From Lama glama (Eukaryota): DNA of 64,000 bases. Shown here piece by piece: positions 1 through 11,725 of the stretch. Position 1 is the first letter of the stretch. The number at the start of each line of letters is the position of its first letter. The DNA is taken from NCBI GenBank assembly GCA_028534125.1, contig CM052816.1, positions 101,680,001 through 101,744,000 of the forward strand, written 5' to 3'. The notes below the pieces were generated by a model. The model was given only the letters and a program-made list of their open reading frames with translations. It did not search any database and was not told the DNA's origin. The position numbers and the translations under genes were made by a program.

Positions 1-1015
1 GTAACGAATGCTCGCGTCTGCGACGTCCATTTCTGCACACGCTCGGTCTTCTTTATCTCCTCCCGGCACGCCTTGTAGTTATCCCGCACACCTTTTGTTA
101 ATTCAGTCCTGCGTGTTTTGCAGTTGCGATGCTATTGAACTGAGTAATTCGACACTTTTGTTTCCAAGCTACCTGTTGCTAGCCTGTGGGTGTATGGCTG
201 GTTTGTGTCCTGAGACGCGGCCACGCTCTCACCACTTCTCGCGCTTGATCTGAAGGTCCTCAGCGTTTTCCGTGCTCACAGCTGCATCGTCAGTGAGCAG
301 AGAGGGGGTGGTTCTGCATTTTCCTCCCTGATGGTGACTCCTTCTGTCTCCGTCCTGCTTTACTCCCCGAGGACCCCTCGTAAAGTGTGAAGCAGAAGTG
401 GTTAGAGCAGGCCCTCTTCCCTTGCCCCTGGTCTCAGAGAAGCACTAAGTAGTTTGCCGCTCTGTGTGATGCTAGCTGTAGGTTTTACACTGACCCCTTT
501 GACGGCTGAGAGCTCTCGTCGTGTACAGGGTTTTAATTTGGCCCAGGCTCTTTCTGCTCCAACGTGACGTTTACACAGTTTCTCCTTTATTTTGTCAACA
601 TGGTGAATTCTGTTGACTTGATTTTCAAATACTACCCTAATCTTGCATCTGTTCCTGGAAAAACGCTACTTTGTCATGTTGTATAACTTTTTCCTTATCT
701 TGCTGGAATCATTTGCTAGTGTGTTGTTCACATCTACGCATCTCGTTCGTGAAGCCGTTCATCGTAACTTTTACATCTACATCGTCTTTGCCAGGTCTTC
801 ACATCAGAGTTAAGCTAGCCTGATGCAACGACTGGGGAGGTGCCCTCGTCCCCCTGGGTTTAGGAATAGCGTACGGAATACTGGCATTATTTCTTTGCTA
901 CCTATTCCATAGGGTTCATTTTGAAGCCATCCAGCTCAGGAGTTTTCTTTGTGGAAAGGTTTTCGATAATAAATTCAATTTCTTTAATAAATAAGTTACT
1001 GTCAGTAATAGTATT
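1..1015 (-). mobile_element. Old L1 (L1M-type) ORF2 relic, antisense
   Basis: Degenerate antisense L1 RT-region motifs, e.g. AGAAGTGGTTAGAGCAGGCCCTCTTCCCTTG and GGAGTTTTCTTTGTGGAAAGGTTTT...AATTCAATTTCTTTAATA. Confidence 0.8.
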
Positions 1016-1099
1016 CAGTTCATTAAACTCCTCATTATTTTATTTATTTTTTTATTTGTTTTATTTATACATTATATTTAATTGATATATTATATTTAC

Positions 1100-1690
1100 T
1101 TTATTACAAACTGTGTGAATGTTCACCTGACATTGTTCCAGTATGTTGTAGGGACTGAATTATGTGATATTCGTCTAAAGAGTGCTCGTTTTTGTCCTCG
1201 TGGGTCACTTGCCTGGTGCGCTCAGGCCCCTGCTCTGTCCTCCCACCATCTCTGTCCTCCCGCCACAGACGGTGGCCTTGGCCTCTGCTGGGTCCTTCCA
1301 GCTGCTGCCTGTCTTCACGGGGACCCATGGCGTCTTCCCTGCACAAGCGGCCAGGGGTCAGCAGAAGATTTGGGTGGAGTTTACCCACAGATTTGAGCCC
1401 TGTCTTTCTATGATTTTAGTGTTCATTTTCTAGCACCTGACTCTTCAAGCCAGCAAGGCTGCAGCCTTGTGCTTGGGTCGCCGCAGTCCCACACCTCCTA
1501 GCCCCATGTGTCCTCGGGTGAGACGCTGTACTCGTGTGACTCCCACCTGCTGCAGTGCCGTTCTTTCAAGGGTCGTCTGGGTCTAAGCTGCCCTCCAGTA
1601 TCTTCAACTAGCGTTTCACATTTTCCCAGAGTGCACAGTTATTATCTGTGGGAGAGTTTCTCTGACACCAGTGGCACCGCCATTCACAAA
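1100..1690 (-). mobile_element. Old L1M 5'-region relic, antisense
   Basis: Shares motifs with the L1 5' region at 55600-55950 (ACAGA(A)TTTG..., AAG(G/A)CTGCAG, TTTTCC(C)AGAGT). Confidence 0.45.
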
Positions 1691-3289
1691 GCTTAGCTCT
1701 CCATATTGCTTTTATTCACCCCAAAGAATGACTGACACTGCTCACGTTTACCAAGAGGGTTTGCCCATTTCTTCCCTTTGATTCTTGAGGAGCTGTATGC
1801 TTGTGCTCATTTTAGGGAGAGTCCATGAGTTCTGCCCTCTGCTCTTGGTGCTAAATGTCCAGAAATGCCTTTGCTTTGTTCTCACTCCAACGCGACACGT
1901 GGCAGCTCGGTGGTGATGGCAGCGTCCCTCACACGCGAAGCTGTGCTCAGCTGCACCCGGGCGTTCATGGCCGGGTGAGAAATCTGCCGTCAGCCCCGCT
2001 GCCATCTCTGTGGCCGAGACCACGCACGTCCACAGGTTCTCTCACCCTCACCTGCCGACCTGCTGCCCTCAGCATTTGCCACCCTCGGATAGCTAAGCGT
2101 CCGAGATGCAGCCATATCACACACTTCCTGGAAAGACTTCCTGAAATATATGCTCTTGTCAGTCAAGAAAGTCAAACTTTCCAAGTCACTGGGAGAAAAA
2201 GTCAAACAGACTGTGCATGTTAGGACATGACACAATTTCAGATGACATGCCATCCAACAGGAGGTCTATTCTGAGTCCTTCCAGTGAGACGAGACACCAA
2301 GAGAGGCAGCAAGGTTTCACCACCCTGTCGTCCCCTGTGCGCGACAGTGCCGAGGCCCTCCTCCTGCCCCGCCAAGGTGAGCGGTCTGAGGGGCTGGGCA
2401 AGGGGTGCTAGGGGTGACAGGCAGGCACAGAGGAGTGCGCTACAGCCTGGGGCCAAGCTTGGAGGGGACAGCTGGGCATCCGTCCCAGAAAGAGGAGGAG
2501 TTCTGGTCACTCTCAGCGTCCTCCTTCGGGAGTCTGTCACAGAGCGCTGTTTCCTCCTTAGGGACACCTGAGAGCTGGTCTCTTCTTGTTTCCCTTCGAG
2601 ATACGTGTGGTGTGGAGGTACTGGGAGGACCCTCACAGCCAAGGAGAGAGGTGCCTCCCTGGACCCAGGAGGCTAAGCCGTGCAGAGCCCCTGCTCACAG
2701 TCGCGCAGACCCCGCAGGCCCAGGGTTTGGTCTTCCTTGTCCGATGCCACATGCACGGGAATTGGGTCTGTTAGGGGCACACGTACTAAAACACCAGATC
2801 TAAGACGCAGCTGACCTGATATTTCTGGTCACTGTTTTCCAGCTGAATGGGGACAGCTGCACACTTGTGAGGAGGAAACAGGGGCAGTTAGGGAGCGTTA
2901 ATAGCGCAGCCCTTCAGAATGAAGGGAACGTCATGGCAGGAGAAACATTTCTCTCAAAAGTGGCTGAGGGAGGGCTCCGGGAGATGGCGGAGGAGGGGGC
3001 ACGGGGACTCTGTCCCCCACCTGGACAACACCTGCTCTGGCCCATCCCCAGCCCCCTGGAGCAGCCTGCAGACAGCACGTGCAGCGGGGCGGGAAAAGGA
3101 CCCTGACCCCAGACACCGGGGGTCTGCGCAGCCACAGCCCCTGCTCCTGATAACAGGGGTGCACACAGCGGGCCGGTGTGGCAGCCCCTCCCCTCTGGCT
3201 GAAGGGACTTCAGGGGATTTAAAGGGCCAGTGCCTTCCCCCTGTCACAGACACAGAACATACACAGAGAAACTGAGAAAGGAATGTAGG

Positions 3290-4445
3290 AGTTACTCTGC
3301 AAAAACCAGCCAAACACAGAAGAGGAGAGCGATGCAGGAAATGGAGGACAGAGAAGAGACGAGCATGATGGCAGAGCAAGCCCTTTCTCATCGCGGCCTG
3401 AACACGACGGACCAACGGGGTCTACGGACACCACAGAACCCTCTGCCCAGAGCGACAGCACAGTCCTCTCGAGGGCAGGCGGCACACCCTCCAGGAGAGG
3501 CCACGTGCTAGGACGCAAATTGACTTAAAAGATACTAAGAGGTAAACGTCACGCAGAGGACCCTCTCTGGCACAACGGATGCAGCTGGGAACCTGCGACT
3601 GATAAACACTCACAGGCTCGTGGGAATTAAACCACGTGTTCCTGGTCAACGGGTCAGAGAAGAAAGCGCGTGGGGAATCAGGAGACACTTAGAGACGAAT
3701 GAGAATGAACACGCCACGCTGGGCCGCACAGCAGCTCTAGGGAGGAGAGCGGCCGCGACACACGCCCGGAAGGAGAAGACCCACGTCGACAACTGAAATC
3801 CACACTTAGGGCCCAGGAGAGGCCGAAGCTAAACCCCGAGCTGCTAGAAGGAAGGAAATAGCGAAGAGCAGAGCAGAGGGAGACAGACAGAGAACAAAAA
3901 AACAAGAGAGAACACCATCCAGGCCAAAGGGCGGTTGTTGGAAAGATCTACAGCTGACAAGTCTTAGCTGGACAGACCGAGGAGGAGGGAGGACTCAGAC
4001 CCTAGAGTCAGAAGTGCAAACGGGGACGTGGCCACTGTCCACAGACAGAAAAGGGTCATGAACAACTGACCCCATGACTGGTGGCCCAGGTGAAGCGCAA
4101 ATTCCTGCAGACACAAACCTACTAAGACTAAAGCACGAAGAAAGAGACCTGACACTAAGAGGGAGCCTGGACCAGAAAGTCAGACACGTCCTGGGCCCCG
4201 TGCCCGGCCCTCGCGGGTGCTACCAAGTGCTTCAAGCACGAAGACCAATACTTCTCCAACTTTTCCAAAAAACTGAAGAGAAGGAAACACTTCCCTGATG
4301 TTCTGTAAGGCCATCGCTGCCTTGATGCCTAAACCAAAGACACCGGAAGACAAGAAGCCTACAGACCAACGTCCCTGATGAACAGTGATGCAAAAATCCT
4401 CGACAAAGCACCAGTGAAATGAATTCAGCACATGTTAAAAATGTC
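3290..4445 (+). mobile_element. Old L1 ORF2 relic (endonuclease to linker), sense, partly GC-shifted
   Basis: Colinear L1 ORF2 motifs: CCCTCCAGGAGAGGCCACGTGCTAGG, GGGTCAGAGAAGAAA, GAATGAGAATGAACAC, TTCCAAAAAACTGAAGAGAAGGAAACACTTCCC, GATGCAAAAATCCTCGACAAA. Confidence 0.8.
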
Positions 4446-4466
4446 CATCAAGATGGAAGCGAATCT

Positions 4467-4575
4467 ATGTACGTTCATGTGTGACTGAAGCGTTGTGCTG
4501 TGCACCAGAGACTGACATCAGAGCACTGTAAACTGACCATACCTCAATAAAAAAAAATATATATACACAAAAAAC
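4467..4575 (+). mobile_element. Short 5'-truncated lineage-specific L1 3' end with polyA tail (camelid/artiodactyl type)
   Basis: ATGTGTGACTGAAGCGTTGTGCTGTGCACCAGAGACTGAC...TGTAAACTGACCATACCTCAATAAAAAAAAA. Possible degenerate TSD AGATGGAAGCGAATCT / AGAGGAATGGATCT. Confidence 0.7.
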
Positions 4576-4601
4576 AGAGGAATGGATCTGCACGTTGTGA
4601 C

Positions 4602-5033
4602 TGTTGACAGAAAGAAAAACAGTAACAAAGTCTGTTCCCGCCACCAAGCGCTCGACCTGGCAGCTCTGCGACGGTGCCCGGAGGAGACTCGGGCCGGGGG
4701 AGCACAGGACGCCAGCCTGGGCAGCTCAGGAGCCTCACAGCGGTGATCCCAACGAGCCCGGCGCCTGCATCTTCCCGTGCGCACACAAGCACTGAATTCC
4801 TCAACTTGACGCTTCTGGCCTGTGATTAGCAGTCATCTTCTGATGTTTGACTACGTGGTTTGCTTTTTTGTTTGTTTGTTTGTTTAGCAAAAACTCCTGC
4901 GTATCCTGACAGCTCCCTCACCTCCTGGGGACAGTTCCTCCGAGCCGCCCGAGAGGCTGTCCCCGGGCCTGAGTAATATCCCCAAACCAGACAGAGCTCT
5001 CAGCTTCATGGTTGTGCGTCTCTCCCAGTCAGT
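4602..5033 (+). mobile_element. Solo ERV1-like LTR
   Basis: Starts TGTTGAC. Contains AAAACTCCTGCGTATCC and ACAGTTCCTCCGAGCCGCCCGAGAGGCTGT, a motif shared with the next LTR. Confidence 0.55.
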
Positions 5034-5071
5034 CTAACGTAAGTGCCTGGCAGCATTCTTTTTGACCATAG

Positions 5072-5529
5072 TGTAATGCCTGGAAAATAAAACTCGTATT
5101 TCACGGCAAGAGAAAAAAGATTCATCATAAAAACTTCCTCTGCCCTGGGCCTCCTCTCCCCATGCTACGCGTCGCGTGTCTGCGTTAATACCAACCAGAC
5201 CTCCCGTCGGCGAGACGCCTGTCGGCCACGAAGATCAGCTCCCTCCCAGCACCAGCAGGCCGACCCCCTAAAAGGTAACCCCGCCCTGATGTTGGGAGGG
5301 GCCGCGACGACCCCCGCTTTGCACTTTCAGACCTGCGTCGTGCAGACTGTCCACGTCATCGGAAGTCCAGCCCTTTGTCTCAAAACCTAGATGGCTGTGC
5401 TTTGACCTCTGACTGGGGGAACAGTTCCTGGAGCTTTCTGAGAGGCTGTTCTGGGTTATAATCTTCAATTTAGCTTGAATAAAATTTTCAGTTTTTTTCT
5501 TAAAGCGATTGATCAATTTTTTGCCAACA
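5072..5529 (+). mobile_element. Solo ERV1-like LTR
   Basis: TG...CA ends (TGTAATG...GCCAACA), ACAGTTCCTGGAGCTTTCTGAGAGGCTGTT, and polyA signal GAATAAAA followed by a T-rich U5. Confidence 0.6.
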
Positions 5530-5922
5530 GCCTGACATTCAGCTTTTGGTTGCGAGTCGTCCACCTGCAGACGAACACCCTGCAGTCATGAACTCGGTCA
5601 CCCCCAAAACTGCCAGGTGAGGAGCCAGGCTGCCCCCCACAGGGTCCCCCATCAAGGACCCCTGGGTGGCCCAGACAACTGACCCGTTCAGTGACCCCTC
5701 CTCCCCCTTCCTGCCCCATAGCTCCCACACTTACACCTTAAATTCACCGATAAAGAGTGAACCCACCACACCCTCGCCCCCCGTAAAGGCGGAGCCCCAG
5801 GCCCATACTCCCCGCACCACCCAGCTGTGACCTCACTGCCGTGCACCCTCCAGGACCTGTGAGTAACCAACCAGGTTTACAAGGTCCCCTGGAGGTTGCT
5901 GAGGGCGTCCTTCAGTCACAAC
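5530..5922 (+). mobile_element. ERVL-type LTR fragment (MER74/MER73-like)
   Basis: TGCCGTGCACCCTCCAGGACCTGTGAGTAACCAACC resembles the R/U5 motif of this group as I recall it. Confidence 0.4.
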
Positions 5923-6065
5923 AGGAACTGCAGGGGCCGGTGCAGCCCCAGCACGGGCTCCTGCAGGGAGTGTCTCTGGGGCCCGACGGCGGACAGCCTG
6001 GGGGAGGGCTGCAGGCTTTCCTAGAGTGCACGTCACTGTCGGCGGGCTGAGACCAAAGCAACGCA

Positions 6066-6430
6066 TCATGGACTCCTCTTCAGCCTTACCAAGGAAGGGC
6101 ACTGCGACGCCTGCTGCAACATGTGAACCTCGAGGACGCTACGCTCAGTGACATAAGCCAGTCGCAAGGGACAAACCCTGTAGGATTCCACTGGTGCAAG
6201 GGACCCAGAGGAGTCAGATGCAGAGACAGTAAGCAGGGTGGCGGGGGCCAGGGGCTGGGGGAGGGAGTGGGCAGCATTTTTCAGGGGGACAGAGGCTCAG
6301 TTTTACAGGATGAAGAGTCACAGAGGCGATGGTGCTGGCACACCCGAGTGTACTTAATACCGCTGAACAGCACACTTAAAACCGGTTAAAGTGGGCAATT
6401 TTATGTTCTGTGTATTTGCAAGAACTTTTG
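6066..6430 (+). mobile_element. L1MB-type 3' end
   Basis: GCTCAGTGACATAAGCCAGTCGCAAGGGACAAA...GGGGACAGAGGCTCAGTTTTACAGGATGAAGAG...ACACTTAAAACCGGTTAAAGTGGGCAATTTTATGTT. Confidence 0.8.
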
Positions 6431-6494
6431 AAAGTGAAGGGAAAAGTGGTTGAGAAGAATAAATCCAATTTGGAGGAACAGAAGTGACCGGTGT

Positions 6495-6975
6495 GCGTCA
6501 TACCCATCGCTAAGTACAAGCCCCCAAGAAGGGAGAACGCGCATCCGCACGAAAGCTCGTAGGTGGACGTTCACGCCGATGTTACAAATGCCGAGCTGCG
6601 GAGGCGGCCAGAGGGCCGCAGGCCGGGCCACGGGCGCGGAAGCGCGTCTGCCCACTCTGTGGGGCGCCGCTGGCTGCAGAAAGGAGCGGCGCCCCGACAC
6701 GCCGCACACGGTGCGCCGAGGCAAAAGCCGGTCACAAAGGGCACGTGTCCGTGACTTTTCGCACAAAGCGCCCCAAGTGGCAAGTCCACAGAGACAGGAA
6801 GTGGGTGGGTGGCTGCCAGGGGCTGGCAGGGGGTTTGCGAGGTGGCAGCAAGGTGACAGTGTTTCTTTGGGGATAAAAAGATTCTAACGTCAGGAGTATA
6901 CTAAACGCTGTCGAAGCAGACGCTTCGGATAGCTTAATTACGTGCTGTGATTACGTCCCAGCAAGGCTGTTCTTT
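6495..6975 (+). mobile_element. L1MB/MC-type 3' end, heavily GC/CpG-shifted
   Basis: Colinear with the L1 3' consensus: AAAAGCCGGTCACAAAGGGCAC...GGCAAGTCCACAGAGACAGGAAGTGGGTGGGTGGCTGCCAGGGGCTGG...GTTTCTTTGGGGATAAAAAGATTCTAA. Confidence 0.75.
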
Positions 6976-7952
6976 AAGAACAAAAAGCAGACAAAGGATG
7001 TATGTAACGCATCACGTCTCCTCCAGTCCGCTGGGGCTGCGTGCTCAGCTGGGAGGCCCGTGCGGTCTGAGGGGTGTGGAGGCCCCCGTTCCCTGCAAAC
7101 CCGGCCTCCCTCCCGGACGCCTTCTGTGCGGAGCCGGGACCCAGGGCGAGTGAAGCCCCTCAGCACAGGCCGGGCGGGGTGGCTAGCTGGCTCTGCGGGG
7201 CGCGGGCCCCCCAGGAGCCGGGCCCAGCTCTTGCGCCCGGAGACAGGCGACTGGCACCATATTGCTGTTTGAAATTATGTTTTGTTTACTTTTTTAAACA
7301 GAAAACACAGGTATGTGGCAGAAAATTCAGAGGGGGTTTCCGGTGAGATCCCTCAGACACACAGTTACTGGGTGCCCCGCGCTTCCACAGCTTTCTACGT
7401 GACAGTGTTCCTTCTCCTCACGTTTGGGCGTCTTCTGCCAGACTTTCACTCCTCCACGGACTGGTCTGTTTGTGCCTCGGGAAACAGGTTATCCAAGCTT
7501 TTCAGTCTGTCTTAATATGAAGGAGCTGGTCCTACCTCACGGCTGTTTTCTCCCCAGCATTTTCCTGGCTGGTACCTTTTCAGCCAGAAAATCCTTATTT
7601 TTATTTATTTAAACTTTAAAGAGTCAGTATAGCTAAAAATATCCTTTTGGTATTTACTTAGCTACAACTTTCATCTTTGTGAAACCAGATCTCTCAATCC
7701 ACAAATATCATGCCTTTTCATTGGGTCCCACACTCTTTGGGGCCCCCAGTGACATTTTAAAATTTTCTTCATGTAGATCTGGCTCTTTAAGGCTACTCCT
7801 GGAGATCAGCTCCTCTGTGTTACTGTTACAAGTGACGTCCAGACAAACCACGAGCTTCAGAACCACGTACATCCCTCTGCCTGTCACCACTGGCTCCCGC
7901 TGTCACTGACACTGCCTGACCCACAGCGTGTTGTCACACAGGGTCAGTTGTT

Positions 7953-8062
7953 CAGTTGTGGTCGAGTTCGTGTCCACCTGCACCGCCACCGTCGGGGTCA
8001 CATTTGTGTCCGCCTGCACTGTCACAGTCGTGGCCAAGGCTGTATCTACCTGCACAGTTACC
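7953..8062. repeat. Degenerate 36-bp tandem repeat (~3 units)
   Basis: Units begin at 7970 (GTGTCCACCTGCAC), 8006 (GTGTCCGCCTGCAC) and 8042 (GTATCTACCTGCAC). Confidence 0.7.
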
Positions 8063-9799
8063 CTTCTCACCTGGGCTCTGACAGCCCCACACAGGGTCAC
8101 CTGAGTAGGTGCCCCTCACCTGCTTGGATTCCAACCCCACATGCCAGGCCAGGCCTCTGTCCACACCGCCATCTGCCCAGTGTGCTCAGGCCTGACCTTG
8201 CAGGACGCCCTACCCACCCATGGCCTCTGGTCAGGGGCCTCTTCTGCAGTGAGCAAGGTCACCTGGACACAGGTAAGTGGGAGGATGTGCAGGGAGCCAG
8301 CTGAGGTGAGGGCTGGATGAGACTAAGCCTGACATGAAGGAAGGGGGCTTGGCAACAGCAAAGGCCCTGGGGCCGCCCTGAAGCCCAGGGAGCCCCAAGA
8401 AGGTGAGGGGGCTGTGTGACTAGCACACCTGGCAGCAGACCCCACGGTGGGAACCACGCTATTGGCACCGGACCTGCGGGAAACATTGTCGGGTGTGGCC
8501 CCTTCCATGGTGTCCCCATCGGGGGCGGTGTTCCAACCAAGACGGGAACAGCTGATAAAGAGCTGATTAAACCCCATTTCTCCACCTGTTTCTATTATAT
8601 GTGACGGCAGAACTAATCTCATGAGGGGAGGGGCCGGCCCCTTATCTCCCCACTCAGGGAAGTGGGCCACAGTCCCTGCCAAGGCTTTGAACTCCTGTGG
8701 GGAGAGAGCCAGCCCCACGGAAGGCCCGCTGGCCAGACCCAAGGACGAGGAAGGAGCCGGGAGCTTATCCGGAGACAACCAGCTGGTCACAGGCTGCCCA
8801 GGACAGGGCTGGGCTTGCGGTCAGCAGAGGGAAGGCGGTGGTGGACGAGTTTTCCGGAAGGAGGGGGTGGCTCCCTGTGTAGACAAGGTCACCTTGAGCA
8901 TGGAGATGGGCAGTGTACACTGTGAGCCTAGCACATGGGCGTGGGGCTCTGGCCTGTGCGCCTGGCACTGCTGGCCTGGCCAGTGGGCACTGTGCAGGAG
9001 CCCAGAGTCAGCGCCCACAGCTCCCAGAAACAGCAGCGGGGTCCTGGGGCCAGCCTGTGGTGGCCTCCATGGAAGCCCCCTTCCTCCTCACCTTGTGGAC
9101 CCTCCTGTGTAAGCGCCTGGCTGGTTTGAGTCCATTCTTGTCCACAGAGCATTTGAACCTTGACAAATGCAGGCAGGGATTAAACAGAGAGGCTAACATT
9201 GATGCAGGAGCCAAAGTCCAGGGAGATGAAGGGGACGGCCTGGCCAAGGATGGTCACATGTGATGACCTGGGTTTTTAGTGAAGGGGGGACAGTGGTCCT
9301 GAGTCCATGGAAGACTTCCAGGGGTGAGCAGAGCCTCGTGGATGCACAGTGCATGGAATCATGAGTGATCCAGGAGGCAAAGCAGATGGAGGTGCAGGAC
9401 AGAATGGGGCTGGTTCGGAGGACTGAGGGGAGAGGGAGGTGAGGCTCTGGGTGTGGGAAGGGAGATGGCGGTGGGGTGAGGGTTAGCACGGGCCAGTCCC
9501 CTCTGGGCCCTGGTGAGGGGCAGAGGAGTGGGGACAGTCCAGGAATCTCCAAGCTCATGGGCATGCCTGCAAGGATTTTGGGCTTCCCAGGATGGAAGTA
9601 TTGCGTGTCTGAGCACCAGTAGGCTGTCAGCTCCACACAGACACACCTCCACCTGAGCTGTTGCGTCTCCCCAGGGCGCCTCTTCCTAAGCACCGCTCAG
9701 TGGTGATCTGTGCCCGGGACCCTGAGATGGTGGCTGGAGGGCCGCAAGGGCATCACCTCCAGCCACCAAAGTCAGTCCCTGTAGAAGGTCAGCGGTGGC

Positions 9800-10865
9800 T
9801 AGGATGTGACACCAAAGGCACAGACAATATAAGAAAAAATAGACAAATTGGACTTCGTGGAAATTCTAAAATTTTGTGCTTCAGAAGATACTATCAACAG
9901 AATAAAATGGCAATCTACAGAATGGTAGACAACGTTTGCAGATTATGTATCTGATAAAGATTTGGTATTCAGAATACATAGAGAGCTCCCCAAACTTAAN
10001 NNNNNNNNNNNNNNNNNNNNNNNNNNNNNNNNNNNNNNNNNNNNNNNNNNNNNNNNNNNNNNNNNNNNNNNNNNNNNNNNNNNNNNNNNNNNNNNNNNNN
10101 NNNNNNNNNNNNNNNNNNNNNNNNNNNNNNNNNNNNNNNNNNNNNNNNNNNNACACTCTTTAGAGTGGTTTCTATCAAAAACCCCAGAATATAGCATTGG
10201 CGAGGATGTGAAATCAGAGCCCTTGCACACAATTGGTGGGGAGATAAATTGGTGTGGCCTCCATGGACAACAACAGGGAGGTCATTCAGAAAGTTAAAAG
10301 TAAAGTTACCATGTGATCCCGCAATCTCACTTCTGTGTGTACACTCATGAGAATGGAAAGCAGTCTCTGCAAGAGAGATCTGCTCGCTCACGTTCACAGC
10401 AGCACTATTCACAATAGCTCAGATGTGGAAGCAACCTAAGCGTTTGCTGATGAAGAGAGGATAGCAAAAAGTGATGTGGCCACACAATGGAATATTACTC
10501 AGCCTTAAAAAAGAGGGAACTTCTGACACATGCTACAATATGGGTAAAATCTTGAGGACTTTGGGCTAAGTAAAATAAGCAGTCACAAAACAAACAAACA
10601 AGCAAACAAATAAAAAGAAACAACCAAATACTCTGATTTCACTTACATGGGGTCCCTAGAGAAGTCGCCTTCATAGAAACAGAAAGTAGGATAGTGGTTT
10701 CCAGGGGCGGGGGAAGGGTTGGGGAGTTAGGGTTTAATGGGGACAGAGTTTCGATTTGGGAAGATGAGAAAGTTCTGGAGACGGTGGTGATGGCTGCACA
10801 ACCATGTGAACGTGCTTAGGCATGGTGAAGATGGTAATTTCACGTTATGTGTTTTTTACCACGAG
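9800..10865 (+). mobile_element. L1MA/MB-type 3' ORF2 and 3' UTR, interrupted by an assembly gap
   Basis: ACACCAAAGGCACAGACAATATAAGAAAAAATAGACAAATTGGACTTC...CAGCAGCACTATTCACAATAGC...ATGGAATATTACTCAGCCTTAAAAAAG...GGGGACAGAGTTTC. AT-rich and close to consensus. Confidence 0.9.
10000..10152. other. Assembly gap (153 N)
   Basis: Run of N. Confidence 1.
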
Positions 10866-11177
10866 AGACTTGGGCGTAAAATGCCAACAATATGAAGGTT
10901 GGGAAACCCTGGATTAACCCCGCCCCCAGAAGTCTGCTAGCTTCACTCCCGAGAGCCCGCAGCAGCATCACCCACATCCATGCCTTTGGAAAGGACTGCT
11001 CAGTCAGAAAGGTGGCACTGAGCTGAATTTCTTTGCCCAGTAATACTCCTGCCTCCCCAGCTGCGGTTAAGATGAGCTAATAGCACGTGCTTCAGGTATC
11101 GTCCCACTGTGTCAGCTTCCTAGTTTTCTTAAGGAGCAGATACACTGAGACCCTGTGCAGATTGGATGTTCTGTGTA

Positions 11178-11534
11178 TGTGGGTTGTCTGTGCAGGGTGG
11201 GTGGTCTGTGTGTGTGTGTGGTCTGTGCAGGGTGGGTGGTCTGTGTGTGGGGGTGGTCTGTGCAGGGTGGGTGGTCTGTGTGTGGGGGTGGTCTGTGCAG
11301 GGTGGGTGGTCTGTGTGTGGGGGTGGTCTGTGCAGGGTGGGTGGTCTGTGTGTGTGGGTGGTTTGTGCAGGGTGAGGTTGGACAGGGGAGGAAATGATCA
11401 TGGATTNNNNNNNNNNNNNNNNNNNNNNNNNNNNNNNNNNNNNNNNNNNNNNNNNNNNNNNNNNNNNNNNNNNNNNNNNNNNNNNNNNNNNNNNNNNNNN
11501 NNNNNNTGGGTGGTCTGTGTGTGTGGGTGGTCTT

Positions 11535-11565
<31 letters not shown>

Positions 11566-11725
11566 TGTGGGGGTGGTCTGTGTGTGTGGGTTGTCTGTGC
11601 AGGGTGGGTGGTCTGTGTGTGTGGGTGGTCTGTGTGGGGGGGTGGTCTGTGCAGGGTGGGTGGTCTGTGTGTGGGGGTGGTCTGTGCAGGGTGGGTGGTC
11701 TGTGTGTGTGGGTGGTTTGTGCAGG
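11178..11725. repeat. GT-rich minisatellite/VNTR (~35-bp composite unit GTGGTCTGTGCAGGGTGG + GTGGTCTGTGTGTGGGG)
   Basis: Directly visible tandem array on both sides of the gap, including a (GT)n stretch near 11536-11557. Confidence 0.95.
11407..11506. other. Assembly gap (exactly 100 N, unknown-size placeholder)
   Basis: Run of 100 N. Confidence 1.

Noticed and set aside
5545-5570. Possible primer-binding site / ERV internal region after the LTR (TGGTTGCGAGTCGTCC)
   Set aside because: It is not immediately adjacent to the LTR end, does not match a tRNA 3' end I can recall, and no gag-like sequence follows.
9881-10412. ORFs spanning the 153-N gap
   Set aside because: Artefacts of N translation inside a degenerate L1.
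11178-11725. CRISPR-like or other prokaryotic repeat system
   Set aside because: Head-to-tail tandem units without unique spacers, no cas genes, and a clearly mammalian context.
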